DNA from: a virus
Length of the DNA: 64,000 nucleotides
Virus record (IMG/VR): IMGVR_UViG_3300045988_084534
Span: 32,001 to 96,000 of that record
Reading direction: 5' to 3' (one strand)
Below the pieces are notes generated by a model that was not told the origin of the DNA, did no database searches, and was given only the letters and a program-made list of their open reading frames with translations. A program made the translations under genes and the position numbers. The stretch's first letter is position 1. Each line of letters opens with the position of its first letter. Below, in pieces: positions 63,940 through 64,000 of the stretch.

Positions 63940-64000
63940 ATATTCAATCTCAAGCCGACTTCCTACCTCATAGCTATTTCTAGCATCGGCTCGTGAATGA

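Noticed and set aside
63856-64000. tRNA-Leu as a host gene marking a prophage attachment site or genome end.
   Set aside because: The tRNA is complete, with an encoded CCA. It is co-oriented with the phage genes. I found no repeat of its 3' half within the window. The question cannot be decided without flanking sequence, so it is treated as phage-borne.
1-64000. CRISPR arrays, rRNA genes, transposase/IS elements and reverse transcriptase/DGR components.
   Set aside because: I noticed no regularly spaced direct repeats, no rRNA-like sequence, and no DDE transposase or RT motifs in any listed ORF. The only repeated DNA words are the shared group I intron cores and the promoter boxes.

Overview
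This 64-kb window is a contiguous piece of a large, AT-rich tailed dsDNA phage or prophage genome. Its signals are Firmicutes-style: AGGAGG ribosome-binding sites, TTGACA-N17-(TGn)TATAAT promoters and frequent TTG/GTG starts.

Layout:
- ~1-28.7 kb (+ strand) is a tail and lysis module. It holds a RuvC-like resolvase, a ~1,558-aa tape measure protein (TMP), baseplate and fibre proteins, a cysteine-peptidase lysin and two holin-like proteins.
- ~28.8-63.6 kb (- strand) holds nucleotide metabolism genes (dUTPase, a ThyX-like protein, class II RNR).
- The same strand holds replication and recombination genes: family B DNA polymerase, DnaB-like helicase, DnaG-like primase, RecD-like helicase, RecJ-like DHH protein, beta-CASP nuclease, Sak4-like ATPase and an SSB-like protein.
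- It also holds nucleic-acid-modification candidates (Dam methyltransferase, and a PAPS-reductase/DndC-like PP-loop protein next to a NifS/IscS-type cysteine desulfurase), a tyrosine recombinase, HU and tRNA-Leu(UAA).
- The two modules converge on a hairpin terminator at ~28.73-28.78 kb.

Main peculiarity: an extreme load of self-splicing and selfish elements.
- From sequence I infer seven group I introns: four in the TMP gene and one each in the lysin, nrdJ and polB genes.
- There is one LAGLIDADG intein in nrdJ.
- There are six homing-endonuclease-type ORFs from four nuclease families: Vsr-like PD-(D/E)XK, GIY-YIG, HNH and LAGLIDADG.
- One intron carries a promoter-equipped small membrane-protein gene instead of an endonuclease.

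Other points worth a second look:
- the desulfurase + PP-loop sulfur module;
- a ThyX-like protein with a degenerate active-site motif;
- a DUF4338/DruA-like gene with its own consensus promoter;
- a high-GC fibre cassette with a BspA-type LRR protein;
- two adjacent genes broken at poly-A runs.

All splice junctions are inferred by hand from frame restoration, P1/P10 pairing and conserved core motifs. None has been verified computationally or experimentally. No CRISPR array or rRNA gene was seen.
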